64,000 bases of DNA, taken from Octopus vulgaris. Lineage: Eukaryota. The translations under genes were made by a program, and so were the position numbers. Position 1 is the stretch's first letter. Each line of letters begins with the position of its first letter. The notes beneath the pieces were generated by a model. It saw only the letters and a program-made list of their open reading frames with translations, made no database searches and was not told where the DNA came from. Shown piece by piece: positions 1 to 12,611 of this stretch. The DNA is taken from assembly GCA_951406725.2 (NCBI GenBank), contig OX597833.1:12896001-12960000 (forward strand), in the 5' to 3' direction.

Positions 1-240
1 CGAAAGTAGACGTTTATAAACATCTTTGTCAACCGCTTATAAGTTTTTTGTTTCGCCGGAGTTTACGAAGATTTTATCCGAGTTTTTCATGTCTCTATTT
101 TTTTCCCTTCATATTTCTCTGAAGTGGGTCGTTGAATTTGCGGGATTTAATTCTTGTAATAAACTCGAAAAGGTCTTTTTCAATGGCTTCAAATTTCGAA
201 ATAGGTCGTGGATTTTTAGAAGATTTAAGGCCATTTGTAC
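1..240 (-). pseudogene. Penelope-like element RT N-terminal region fragment (decayed, runs off window start)
   Basis: Manual minus-strand translation: NGLKSSKNPRPISKFEAIEKDLFEFITRIKSRKFNDPLQRNMK..(frameshift)..DMKNSDKIFVNSGETKNL*AVDKDVYKRLL. This resembles the PLE pre-RT segment (GFKS..PP..FE.DL..I..IKFR..IFV.ADKT.N.Y). Confidence 0.55.
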
Positions 241-273
241 ATGATAACACTTCCAATCAGTTAAATGTTATCA

Positions 274-1032
<759 letters not shown>

Positions 1033-1192
1033 CTTACGTATATTGAGTCCTAACAAGTTCATGACGTAATTTCATATTCCTTTGTCATTTTAATTTCTTA
1101 TTAATCGCTCTGCACTTGACTGTTGCTTCGTACTGAAGCACGGGCATGTTGAGTTCTAACACCAGGTTCTAACACATTGCTATCACAAAGTG

Positions 1193-1280
<88 letters not shown>

Positions 1281-1281
<1 letters not shown>

Positions 1282-1795
1282 GATGCAAATAGGCCAGACA
1301 TTATATTGAAAGACTTCAGACAAAGAACATGCCTCCTCATTGATATGACTGTCCCAATCGATATAAACGTATCTGTCAAGACCTACCAAAAACTGAGCAA
1401 ATATAAAGATCTTGAAATAGAAATCAGCAAAATGTGGAAGCTGAAGACTAAAACAATACCTGTTGCCATAGGTGCCCTGGGAATGATAGCGAAAGGGACT
1501 GATTGCTACCTAACTTAGATACCAGGAAACCCCAAAATGGCAGAAATTCAAAAGATAGTGCTCATGGGAACTGCTCATATCCTACGCAAAATACTCTCTA
1601 TGTAATCCCAAGGTTTAAAACAAACTTTTTTTTTGTTTATTTATTTATTTTTTTTTTAATGTATTAGACATTCACTAGTACAACACCAAAAAAAAAAAAA
1701 CCCCAAATATATGGCACAGAACTTCCAACCTGTTGTCTCTTGAGGTCTCTGGGTGAGACTTGTACAGACATAAAGCAAAAGTCAAACATAGAATA
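1281..1795 (+). mobile_element. 5'-truncated R4/Dong-like non-LTR retrotransposon: restriction-like endonuclease C-terminus plus 3' UTR, embedded in (TAA)n
   Basis: ANRPDIILKD..CLLIDMTVP..KLSKYKDLEIEISKMW..PVAIGALG..MAEIQKIVLMGTAHILRK is the RPD..D..K.KY..IGALG REL motif. In-frame stop at ~1516. Flanked by (TAA)n on both sides. Confidence 0.85.
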
Positions 1796-1819
1796 ATAAT
1801 AATAATAATAATAATTGAT

Positions 1820-1967
1820 ATGAGATCACCATGTCGCGCACATATGGTTGTAATGCATGTACCTGGTGTACCCTTAACAGACGGGTAGTCATGATGGGTA
1901 TTCTGGGCTTCGTATATTTTACTTCAGTGTCACTTTGATGGCATGCACTGCTTCCTCACTCAATAAT
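1820..1967 (+). mobile_element. Short interspersed repeat / retroelement 3' end with (TAA/TAG)n tail
   Basis: A diverged second copy lies on the minus strand at ~63820-63927. Confidence 0.55.
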
Positions 1968-1993
1968 AGTAGTAGTAACAATAATAATAATCA

Positions 1994-2072
<79 letters not shown>

Positions 2073-2210
2073 TTCTAATGGAAGCATAAGGCCTCAAATT
2101 TAGGAGAAGGGATTAAGTCGATTACATCGACCCCAGTGCGTAACTGGTATTTATTTAATCGACCCCGAGAGGAGGATGAAAGGCAAAGTCAACCTCGGCG
2201 GAATTTGTAT
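2073..2210 (-). mobile_element. SINE family 2 fragment
   Basis: Shares the ...ttaagtcgattacatcgaccccagtgcgtaactggta...gatgaaaggcaaagtcaacctcggcggaattt core with the copies at 42-63 kb. Confidence 0.8.
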
Positions 2211-2239
2211 AGTAATGATAATAACATGAAGTTTTCATA

Positions 2240-2590
2240 TTGGCAGCACAAGATCAAAGCTTGCTTATCAAAAACTATCAGGCTCTCGTTCTTCAAAACG
2301 GTTCTGACCCTAAATGCAGATTCTGCGATAAATTTGATGAAGCAATAGACCATCTCGTCTCGGAATGTGTCTAAGCTAACACCAAACGAATACTAAAATC
2401 GCCATGATAGTGTAGTACAGTATTCACACTGGAAAATATGTAAGCACTACAAAATCAGCACTCCTGCTTACTGGTATGAACATCATCCTGTGCCAGTCGC
2501 TGAAGGTAAAAATGTCACTAAACTCTGGAATTTTCCAGTCAACATCGATAGAACGGCCCAAGCTAATCCACCAGATATACTCATTGTGAA
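2240..2590 (+). pseudogene. R4/Dong-like LINE fragment (end of CCHC zinc knuckle to start of REL domain)
   Basis: HLVSEC..L..EY*NRHDSVVQYSHWKICKHYKI..WYEHHP..EGKNVTKLWNF..DRT.QANPPDILI, with stops and frameshifts. Confidence 0.75.
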
Positions 2591-2637
2591 GATCAAGTTA
2601 ACTGGGACTTCAAGTTTTGCGTATTGGGTTCAGTCAG

Positions 2638-2707
<70 letters not shown>

Positions 2708-2753
2708 CATACATACATACATACATACATACATACATACATACATACATACA

Positions 2754-2786
<33 letters not shown>

Positions 2787-2794
2787 GTCTTTAA

Positions 2795-3007
2795 TGTGAC
2801 CGCGTGTGTACCGTTGGCGATATTTTTTCCTCCGTCTTCCCTTCTCTGGATCTTTCCTTTTCCTATGTTTCTGACGAAGAGCTCCGCTCGAAACGTTAAA
2901 CCCTCCTTCTTCCCTCCCTTCCTTCCTGAGCGTCCAATAATACTATGTTTGTTCCACGTCCTCGCGTTGCTGTGTTTTCTCTTTGTGCTTTCATGTTTGG
3001 ATTAACT
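2795..3007 (+). mobile_element. Hammerhead-carrying mini-element family A, copy 1
   Basis: ~210-bp repeat from tgaccgcgtgtgtaccgttgg to tgtttggattaac followed by (TA)n. Five copies in the window. Confidence 0.8.
2867..2901 (+). ncRNA. Minimal type-I hammerhead ribozyme motif (family A)
   Basis: gttt-CTGACGA-a-gagc tcc gctc-GAAAC-GTT-aaac. Stem I gttt/aaac, stem II gagc/gctc, palindromic AACGTT stem III. Confidence 0.75.
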
Positions 3008-3040
3008 ATATATATATATATATATTTATATATGTATGTA

Positions 3041-3158
<118 letters not shown>

Positions 3159-3285
3159 TATATGTATGTATGTATATGTATGTATATATATATATTGTGC
3201 TGTTCCGCGATGGTAAGGTCAGCAAAAAAGGTATTCCATCTAGTGAGAGATAAATATTATTTAATAGACACAATACATGCTCTTA

Positions 3286-3371
3286 TGTTATACTGTTAGT
3301 TTCATGCGATGACAGGATCTCAGACTATATTCTTAACACGTTTGGTGCCTTATCACAATCTTCAGGCACAG
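3286..3371 (-). ncRNA. Type-I hammerhead motif in PLE 3' UTR (partly decayed)
   Basis: tgtgc-CTGAAGA-ttgtgat...atcgcat-GAAAC-taaca-GTA. Confidence 0.55.
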
Positions 3372-4605
3372 CCCGCATGGCATAACAAGTCCCAAATAGG
3401 ACAGGATGAGATAAAACATGAGAAAGGGCGAGAAAGAAGTAGATATAGGAGGTGGAGGGTTGAAAAACCGGAAAATGAAAAAAAAGAGTAGAAAGAAGCA
3501 AAAAGATGAGATTAGAATTATATCCCTTTTGACCGTAAAATAATAAGGCTGAAAGGATAGTGGCCTGGAGTATGTAGTACAACTGCTTAATCTGAAGAGG
3601 GTCGTGATTTCCAATTCGCCAACAGGAACTTAGCTATATGTTTACAACCACTGAAAATATCGGATCGAAAATTCAACAGTGTGGCAAAGTTCTTAGATCT
3701 GAAAAGGATCTGACTTCCTTCAGCTACACATAGCTTACATATTTTTGATCCGTTGACATATGGTGTGGAATTTTCGGCTATTTTCCACTTTATCGTATGT
3801 AGTGTGGTGTTCGACTGCAAACCTTATACGTGGCTAGCCAACACAGTGGCTTTACTTTTGTCCTTGTGTTGGAAGGAAGATATGTAGTTAGCATAGCTAT
3901 TTTTGAAGTCGCCTTCACATAGCCCAATATAGCTCGTCTTATTGGTTGTGTTATCATTTAGCGTTGCTAGACGGATTTAATCAGTCATCCCTGGTTGAAT
4001 GGACATGTTCCTGGGATTCGACAATTACAATTTGAAGTGGGCTCTTGGTACCGTTCGCGTGTAATGATGCTTTCTATATTGGGACAACAGCTATATGATA
4101 ATTTCACTGAACGTCTGTTAAATGTTTACCTGTACCTGTGATTTTCGGGAAAATGTCTAGGAGAGACAGTAATTTTTTTACCTAAGTTAAGTTTTGCATT
4201 AAGGGAAAGAGGGAGGGTGAACAAAATCATTTTCCTAGATCTATTTTTGTAGGTCTATTATTATTATTCCTATTATTATTAGAGGGGTTATATGTTAATT
4301 TATCCTTAAAGCTACTATTAACAAGGGTATTGTTGTCGTAGGGGGTTGTCTTCTCGAAGCTTTCTTTAGAGGAAGAGAGGTTAGCTACTCTGTTACTAAT
4401 GTTAGCTATCAGCTTTTTAAATACTACACGGGTGAGACAAGACTTTGTGTATGTGGGAAAATCTATTGTTGGGCTTATGGTAAGGTTTATAAGAAGAGGA
4501 GGAGTTTAGGTCTAGGGAAACATCTAAATAAATCGACTCAAGACAGATTAGTAGCGACTGTGATTTTAGGGCCTAATTGACTGAAGGGAGTATTATGCTA
4601 TGTAG

Positions 4606-4692
4606 GCATTGTCTGAAGATTGCGATAAGGTACCAGACTTGTTAAAAATACTGTCTCAGATGCTTTCATCGCATGAAACTAATAGTAGCACA
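4606..4692 (+). ncRNA. Type-I hammerhead motif, inverted copy
   Basis: tgt-CTGAAGA-ttgcgat...atcgcat-GAAAC-taata-GTA-gcaca. Stem II tgcgat/atcgca. Confidence 0.6.
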
Positions 4693-4769
4693 TAGACACA
4701 AACAGACAGACAGATACACACATTAACACAAACATACACAGACACACACATATATACCGTTTCTCTCTC

Positions 4770-4844
<75 letters not shown>

Positions 4845-4884
4845 CATAATACATACATACATGTACATATATATATATATAGTT

Positions 4885-4978
4885 GAAATTTACTGAAAAA
4901 CAAAAGACGAAGACAGGTGTATGAACAAAAAACCAGGTGTAATAGTTCGACGCTCGAGAAAGTGGGACAGTCTTTTAC
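4885..4978 (-). mobile_element. 3' part of mini-element family B
   Basis: Aligns by eye to 25400-25485 (caaaagacgaag.caggtg...cgctc...agtcttttac). Confidence 0.55.
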
Positions 4979-5328
4979 AATACACATATACGTCCATTAT
5001 CGAAATATTACATATACATATAGATATACAAACATATACATATACATAAAGACAGGTATATAGCATCAGGTATAAATACAAACAACATATATATATATGT
5101 ATGTATGTATATATGCATGTGTGTATATGTGCATTTAGATATGTATGTATATACCTATGAGTATGTATATGTGTAGATGAATGTATTTGTATATAGTTAT
5201 ATATATCTATGTATTTGTGTTGTGTTTAGGTCTATGTGTTTCTATGTGTGTGTGTGTGTATATATATACATATGTATATATCTGTGTGCGTATATGTATC
5301 TCTGTATGTATATGTATATGTGTTTCGG

Positions 5329-5391
<63 letters not shown>

Positions 5392-5575
5392 GTGTATGTT
5401 TATTTGTATGTATAATTCTGGGTATATATATTATGTGTGTAAATATACGTGTATAAGTGTATATATGTATATATATATATATATATGTATGCATGTGTAT
5501 GTGTATATAATTCTTTATATATGTGTGCATGTCTATGTTGATGTATGTATATATGTATATATATATATTTATATA

Positions 5576-6855
5576 CGAGGGGCGTTCAATAAGTAATGCC
5601 TCTGACGCACTTGCAGTTATTTGATCTAGCTGAAATTTTGCATGTGCAATTACCTATATCTCTATAGATTAAGTGGCGAATTACAGCTCTGAATTAATTG
5701 TGGTTTCTGATTTACAGGTGTTTGAACTGAGTCAAGTGTGAAACGGAGCCTGTTGAGTGTCGAGCAGTGATGCGGTTTTTGTATTTGAAAGGACGCACAC
5801 CACGGGAGACTTTTGATGAAATGAAAGTAACTTATGGTGATGATGCCCCATCATATGACCTTGTAAAACGCTGGCATCGTGAATTCAAACATGGTTGGAA
5901 CTCTGTGGAAACAGCTCCCAGATCTGGTCACCCCTTCTGCCATTGATGAGGCATCTGTCCGTCAAGTTGAGGCTGCCATTTTGGAAGATCGACGCATAAC
6001 TATTCGCCAAATAGCCCATGAGGTCAAGATTAGTACCGGGTCTGTGGAAACTATCATTCATTACCATTTGCATATGCAAAAGGTGTCTGCCAAATGGATT
6101 CCCAGGTTGCTCACACCTTTCCAGAAGCAAGAACGCGTCGATAGCGCGAGGATGAATTTGAAGATGTGCCAAGAAGATGAGTCAAAATTTTTCAAAAGAC
6201 TGATTACACAGGATGAAACCTGGGTCCATCACTATGATCCAGAGACCAAAGCCCAGTCAATGCAGTGGAAGCACCGTGACTCACCTCCTCCAAAGAAGAC
6301 AAGGGTGCAGCCCTCCGCTGGCAAGGTCATGCTTACAGTCTTCTGGGACCAGGACGGAGTAGTGATGACAGATTTCTTGGCAAAGGGTGCCACAATTACA
6401 GGAGTCTATTATGCTTCACTTTTGAGGAAATTAAGAGAAGCTATCAAAATCAAGAGGCGGGGCAAGGTCAGCAAAGGCATCCTCCTCCTGCAGGACAACG
6501 CTCCGATCCACAACTCGCGTGTCGCCAGATCAGAAGCACAGGCGTGCGGCTATAAACTCATCCCCCATCTCCTGACCTGCACCCTCTGATTTTCACCTCT
6601 TCCCTGCCATGAAGTTGTTTTTGAAAGGAAAGCGTTTCCCAGATGATGCAGCCTTGATTTCTGAAGTCACGTCGTGGATGGAGGACCAAGCTGGGGTCTT
6701 CTAAAAAAACGGTCTTCAGAGCTGCATCAAACGATGGGAGAAATGCGTAACTCTGGGTGGTTCCTATGTAGAAAAAGACTAATAACTGTGCCAAGTTTCG
6801 TTGCTCTACTGCTATGGGAAGTGGGTCAGGGGCATTACTTATTGAACGCCCCTCG
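5576..6855 (+). mobile_element. Full-length mariner DNA transposon (1280 bp)
   Basis: ~31-bp TIRs cgaggggcgttcaataagtaatgcc(t/c)ctgac, TA target duplication at 5574-5575 and 6856-6857, internal transposase. Confidence 0.97.
5743..6782 (+). pseudogene. Mariner (DD34D-type) transposase pseudogene
   Basis: HTH region followed by WIPRLL, ITQDETW, LLQDNAP and SPDL.PSDF motifs. Start codon is ACG, frameshift at ~5935, deletion at ~6570, stop at ~6702. Confidence 0.95.
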
Positions 6856-7560
6856 TATGTATCTGTATATTTTCATGTATTTATGTGTATGTATGTAAAA
6901 AATCTGTATATCTGTATATGGACATGTGTTTGTGCATTTGTATATATGTATGTATGTGTATATGTATATATGTATATATATACATATATATGTATATGTA
7001 CATAAATTTGTGCATTTATTTTGTACATAAGTTTATTACATAACAGATAATTAATTTACTGAAGGTAACAATAGATATATCTAAAGGTATGATTATTTAT
7101 TTATTTACTTCTTTATATATTTATTATTATGATGAACGATCTATAAGTTCCTTATTTTAACTGAGGTAAAATGTTTTTTTTTATTTTTATACTGAATCCT
7201 TTGTAAGTTTCTTGAAGAGATTTAAGGTTTGTTATTCTGAATTTTATAATAAGGTAGGCATTTTGGAAAAAAATTTAGTAGATTAATTCATGATATTTCG
7301 TATTCAGTGAAAATATTTATATTTACTGTAAAACACATGATTATATTCTTAGTGAAATATTAATTATAGATTTGAAATAAGCTATCTACATTATACTAAA
7401 CGATTATACTTTATAAATACATTGATTTAATTTATTAATCAAAGATAATAATAATGATAATAATGATATATAAATAATTATACATTACGCCATATTGTGA
7501 TCAAAAACATTTATTTCTATGTACGCATTTCTGGTTTTTTATTTTATTTTAAATAGCTAA

Positions 7561-7944
7561 TCTCTCTCTATATAAACGGCAGTTTGTCTGTGCGTTTTCT
7601 GTGTGTCTGTTTTCTCGTACCCTCACCCTGACCACGGCTTTCAACCGATTCTGATGAAACTTGACACACACATAGCCCAATGTCATAATTCAAAACTAAC
7701 GCAGCGAAAATTTTGAAAAGTTCCCCCAGTTCTGAAAAAAATCGATAAATTCGACATGGGGTCGAGAATCAGAAACCCAAACCACAGACCGTCTAGGGGA
7801 CGCGACTCCACCTTTTTTAACTCTCAAAAAAAATTTACCATAATTTTTTTCCCATTTTTTTGCTATTTTTGGGCTATAACTCTCTAAAAATGCTTTATAG
7901 TTATTTCCCTTACAAACCTGAGCAACGCCGGGCGATACTGCTAG
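7561..7944 (+). mobile_element. Non-autonomous Helitron-like element
   Basis: 5' TC, 3' CTAG, inserted between A and T without a TSD. Subterminal GC hairpin in ..gagcaacgccgggcgatactgctag. The same 3' end occurs in four elements. Confidence 0.75.
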
Positions 7945-8091
7945 TTTATTTATAAATGTATACAATTTTATTTACAAAAATATATTTTTCCTCTGATAAA
8001 TTAAATATTCTTGTATTGTTCTAGAAATTGTTTGTGTCAGTATGAATAAATAGATTACAACAAACATCATATACAATTATATATTTTCGAA

Positions 8092-8477
8092 TGTGTGGTA
8101 AGTAGCTTGCTAACCAACCACATGGTTCTGGGTTCAGTCCCACTGCGTGGCATCTTGGGCAAGTGTCTTCTGCTATAGCCCCGGGCAGACCAAAGCCTTG
8201 TGAGTGGATTTGGTAGACGGAAACTGAAAGAAGCCTGTCGTATATATGTATATATATATATATATGTGTGTGTGTGTTTGTGTGTATGTGTTTGTCCCCC
8301 TAGCATTGCTTGACAACTGATGCTGGTGTGTTTATGTCCCTGTCACCAATAGAATAAGTACTGGGCTTACAAAGAATAAGTCCCGGGGTCGATTTGCTCG
8401 ACTAAAGGTGGTGCTCCAGCATGGCCGCAGTCAAATGACTGAAACAAGTAAAAGAGTAAAAGAGTAAAGAGAGTAAA
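8092..8477 (+). mobile_element. tRNA-derived SINE family 1
   Basis: A-box-like (tggctgtgtgg in full copies) and B-box-like (ggttcagtcc) motifs, internal (TA)/(TG) tract, (AAGAGTA)n tail. More than 12 copies in the window. Confidence 0.9.
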
Positions 8478-8767
8478 TTGTAAATATGTGTATTAATTAT
8501 GATACAAACCAAGCTCAATAATTCTAGTAATTTTTCATAATATTGTTTATTTTATAGCTTGTATTCTTGTTGCACCATTCTAATTTCGTTTTGAATAGGG
8601 TTTGATTGGTAGAGGTTAGTTACATGTTGGGTCTTAGAAATGTTTGTAAGTTCCCCGTTACGTCTGTGAATTAGTTTCAAGTGACAATGTTTAGCGTCGT
8701 AAGTTAAGCCAGATATGGTTGACTGAACAAGTCGAGTGGTAGAACTAATTGAGTGGTAGTACTAAAC

Positions 8768-8986
8768 CAGTGCTTTTCAAACTTTTTGCTGGAGCGGAAC
8801 TCCAAGGAAACATTCCACTGGCTCGAGGAACCCCTGTGCAATAATTTAATAGTCTTATGCACACATATCTGCATAGGAGAATTAAAAATTACTGCCGATT
8901 TTAGCAGTTTTGTAACTTCTTGCAGAACCCCTGGACTGTACTGGCAGAACACTAAGGTTCCGCGGAATCCTGGTTGCAAACCACTG
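8768..8986. mobile_element. hAT-type MITE
   Basis: Termini cagtgcttttcaaac...gttgcaaaccactg. Perfect 8-bp TSD TACTAAAC at 8760-8767 and 8987-8994. Confidence 0.9.
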
Positions 8987-9319
8987 TACTAAACAATCAA
9001 TGCTCTGAATATTTTCTGTCAAGTATTTGCAGAGAATGAACACGTGATTAAGTTCAGAATCTTCTGTATGTTTCCCGCTACGTACGTGCGTTATTGTCAA
9101 GTGGCAGTGTATTTAGCGCCTAAAATGAAGGCCGACACGGTTGAGTGAATAAGTTTAGCTACAATCAAGGCACCCCAAATTTAATCTTTCTGGTGGGAGA
9201 GTAGATAGGAGTCGTTTGTATGTAGTCTGGTGCCTAAAGTTTAGGTTGTTAGCTCTGTAGGTTCTTTATGTTAAGTGGCAGAATAAGTTTGTGTGCGAAT
9301 AGTTATTCGTGTATGTACT

Positions 9320-10200
9320 TAGTTAAAATTTGTTAAGTCTGGTTTCGCACTTTTGTGTGAAAGTATTCTCTTTGTTTATCCGTGCTTCATCTGTGGTATT
9401 CACTGAACATAGGTAGAACGGGAAGATCTGGAATTTGGGGGACTTATTTCTTGCTCATATGTCTATGTACCCACTCAGTAGAATTTGCTTAGTACTGGAG
9501 TCTCGTATTTGTTGTCGGTGAATGGTCAGTCTATTTCTTAGAGTAAGCTTTGTTTGACCGATGTAATCTTCATTAATCCTTGATATTTGATAGCGTATAT
9601 TAAATTCCTTGAAGAACATGTAAGGTAATGTTTTACGGTAAAAATCTGTCCTGATTTGAATTTGTATGTTGTGACTTCAATAAGATTGATGCAAGTCCCA
9701 CAACTGGGGCGGCTACACTTATTGACTGTTGGTGTAAGAGCTGCGGAAGGTAATTTAGCACCTGTGAAGAATTTTTTGAGATTCTTTGATTGTCTTTTTG
9801 TTTTTTTAGTATTTTGTGTATTTCGAATGCTTGTTTCATTCTTGGGTCTTGTCTTAGTAGTGGGATGTTCTGGCAGATAATATTGTAAACTTCTGTATTT
9901 CTTGAGTTGTGTGTTATAATAAAGGGTAGAATATTGGATATATCTGGAGCGTTTTTCGTTTAACGTAGTTCTTGGATACTTACTGCTTTGGCACGTTCTA
10001 CTCCGTCATCTGTTAACTTTAATGGTTATTGTCTATCAAGTAGTATTTGTTTTAGTTTCAGGAGTCTTTTATTGCGAATTTCATGGTCTGAGACACTTGT
10101 GCAGATTCTTCTTGGTAGATTAAAGAGCATTTTATTCTTCGTGTGTTTGGAATGGCATGAAGAGAACAGTAAGTATTGTTTAGAATTTGCATTCATTGTT
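9320..10200 (-). pseudogene. PLE RT thumb + Cys-linker + GIY-YIG endonuclease remnant (Neptune-like layout)
   Basis: SKQYLLFSSCHSKHTK..LPRRICTSVSD..RL..L..P; KCSRPSCGTC; NLIYAIK..EDYIGQT..LRNRLTIHRQQI. Contains stops and frameshifts. Confidence 0.85.
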
Positions 10201-10494
10201 TAGTACTACGACTCGACTTGTTCAGTCAACTGTGTCTGGCTTAACTTACGACGCTAAACACTGTCACTTGATACTAACACCTGATGTAGCGAGGAACCGA
10301 CAAACATTTCTAAGATCAGTCATGTAAACTACCCTCTACCAATCAAACCCTATTCAAAACGTATATTAATCTGAACTATGAACTCCCTATAAAATAGGGT
10401 AAGTTTCAAACACTAGTCAGAAGCAAAATAGTTGCTACCCAATCACGTCTTTCAATTTCAAACAGTTGGATATCAGTGTAAACTGTGAAACCGG

Positions 10495-10567
<73 letters not shown>

Positions 10568-10589
10568 CATACATATATATATATATACA

Positions 10590-10624
<35 letters not shown>

Positions 10625-10627
<3 letters not shown>

Positions 10628-10834
10628 CCGCGTGTGTACCGTTGGCGATTTTTAACCTCTGTATTCCCTTCTCTGGATCTTTCCTTCTCCTGTGTTTCCG
10701 ATGAAGAGCTCCGCCCGAAACGTTAAACCCTCCTTCTTTCCTTCTTTCCTTCTTTCCTGAGCGTCCAATAACACTATATTTGTTCCACTTCCTCGCGTTG
10801 TTGTGTTTTTTGTGCTTTCTTGTTTGGATTAACT
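10625..10834 (+). mobile_element. Mini-element family A, copy 2 (hammerhead core CCGATGA)
   Basis: Same 5' and 3' ends as 2795-3007, inside (TA)n. Confidence 0.8.
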
Positions 10835-10978
10835 TTTTATATATATATATATATACACACACAATTTAGAGGACTGACCACTAAAGTGGACAGCCTATAT
10901 GCTAAACATAGACGTCAAATCGCCATTACCACGAAGAATATCGATTTCTACCCTTATAATTATATATATATATATATA

Positions 10979-11377
10979 TTACTCTTTTACTCTTTTACTT
11001 GTTTCAGTCATTTGACTGCGGCCATGCTGGAGCACCGCCGTTAGTCGAGCAAATCGACCCCGGGACTTATTCTTTGTAAGCCCAGTACTTATTCTATCGG
11101 TCTCTTTTTTGCCGAACCGCTTAGTAACGGGGACGTAAACACACCAGCATCGGTTGTCAAGCAATGCTAGAGGGACAAACACAGACACACAAACACACAC
11201 ATACATATACATATATACGACAGGCTTCTTTCAGTTTCCGTCTACCAAATCCACTCACAAGGCTTTGGTCGACCCGAGGCTATAGTAGAAGACACTTGCC
11301 CAAGGTGCCAGCAGTGGGACTGAACCCGGAACCATGCGGTTGGTAAACAAGCTACTTACCACACAGCCACTCCTGCG
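10979..11377 (-). mobile_element. SINE family 1, full length
   Basis: Reverse complement of the family consensus. Confidence 0.9.
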
Positions 11378-11690
11378 AAATTTATGAATAAGGATAATAT
11401 CGATATTTAAATATCGATCTTATCAAGTGGCCAACAAGGGAATAAATACCAAAGAAAGGTAATAATTATTTAAAACCATAAATTAGGTTATCTGAGAGAT
11501 ACCCCCATACTGAACATTTAAGGTGGTTTTAAGGTCAGGGTTTTGACTGCTATTTCAGCATGGTGGCATCTCTCAGATACCCTAATTTATAGTTTTAAAT
11601 AATTATTACCTTTGTATGGTATTTATTCTCATGCTGGCCACTTGATAAGATCGATATTTAAATATCGATATTATCCATATTTATAAATTT
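11378..11690. repeat. Fold-back (inverted repeat) element, ~130-bp arms
   Basis: 11378-11508 versus 11563-11690. The spacer and right arm recur at 16738-16825 next to a hammerhead motif. Confidence 0.85.
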
Positions 11691-11834
11691 ATATAATTCG
11701 TCATTGTATTCACTGCGGTGTTTATTTTGACCATATCTCGGTTAGAGATGTTTGGCGGGCAATTTAATCTGGTCTTGTACATACGTGCATATATACGTAT
11801 GTATGAGCGTTCGTATATGTAAGTATAACGCATG

Positions 11835-11902
<68 letters not shown>

Positions 11903-12105
11903 TACAAAATTAGAGAATGGAGAAACATACTTAAATCAGTAAAACATCAACTATCCGATGATACTCAATCCATACTTTAATACACCATTACATATGAGTA
12001 AAGGCAATATATAAAATGAAATGAGATATACAGTAATAGTAAAAGTAAAAGATAAAGAGATAAAAGTAAAAAGTAAAATTTCAAATATAATATGCAAATA
12101 AATCA

Positions 12106-12220
12106 AAACTGACAGCTGTTTCGGCAGTGAGGACAGTCATACCTCATTTAACCTATAAGCCATAAAGGCAGGTATAAATGAGGCATCAACAAGAATGCCC
12201 CACGGCCTCTTCAGAGAATT
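12106..12220 (-). ncRNA. Type-I hammerhead motif with long stem II
   Basis: CTGAAGA-ggc...gcc-GAAAC-agct-GTC. Mirror copy of 16086-16200. Confidence 0.7.
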
Positions 12221-12558
12221 AAATTAAATTTGTTATAATAGTGAAAAATATTATATAATCATATACATATAAATATAAAAATATAAAAATGTAAAATATA
12301 AAAACTTATACATCATAATGCTACACTTATATAATATAATACACATTTGTACAAAAAGGAAGGTAAACAGAACAATATAAAACAAAATATATAACAGTGT
12401 ATATATTAATATTAATAAGTACCGATATTATACATATTTGGCTAATAGTTTTTTTTATAAAAAAAAAAGGGCTAACACATATGGAGATGAAAAATAATAA
12501 TTAAATCCGTGGTACAGTTCATAAAATTCTAAAGCTATAAAAGTTAATAAAAATTACT

Positions 12559-12611
<53 letters not shown>

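Larger units (their letters stand above)
3200..4692 (-). mobile_element. Decayed Penelope-like element: RT C-terminus/GIY-YIG plus 3' UTR, with an inverted terminal-repeat piece at its 5' end
   Basis: Minus strand reads KLSYSCCPNIESIIT..YIGLCEGDFK..IKWKIAENSTPYVNGSKICKLCVAE..LLNFRSDIFSGCKH (3587-4110). 4606-4692(+) is an inverted copy of 3286-3371. Confidence 0.8.
8587..10425 (-). mobile_element. Decayed Penelope-like element with inverted terminal repeat
   Basis: 8587-8747 and 10201-10361 are inverted repeats flanking minus-strand RT-thumb and GIY-YIG remnants. Confidence 0.8.

Noticed and set aside
5879-6589. Intact transposase or SETMAR-like host gene
   Set aside because: The ORF is the middle of a frameshifted mariner lying between TIRs. 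The start codon is mutated, there is a downstream stop, and no SET domain is present.
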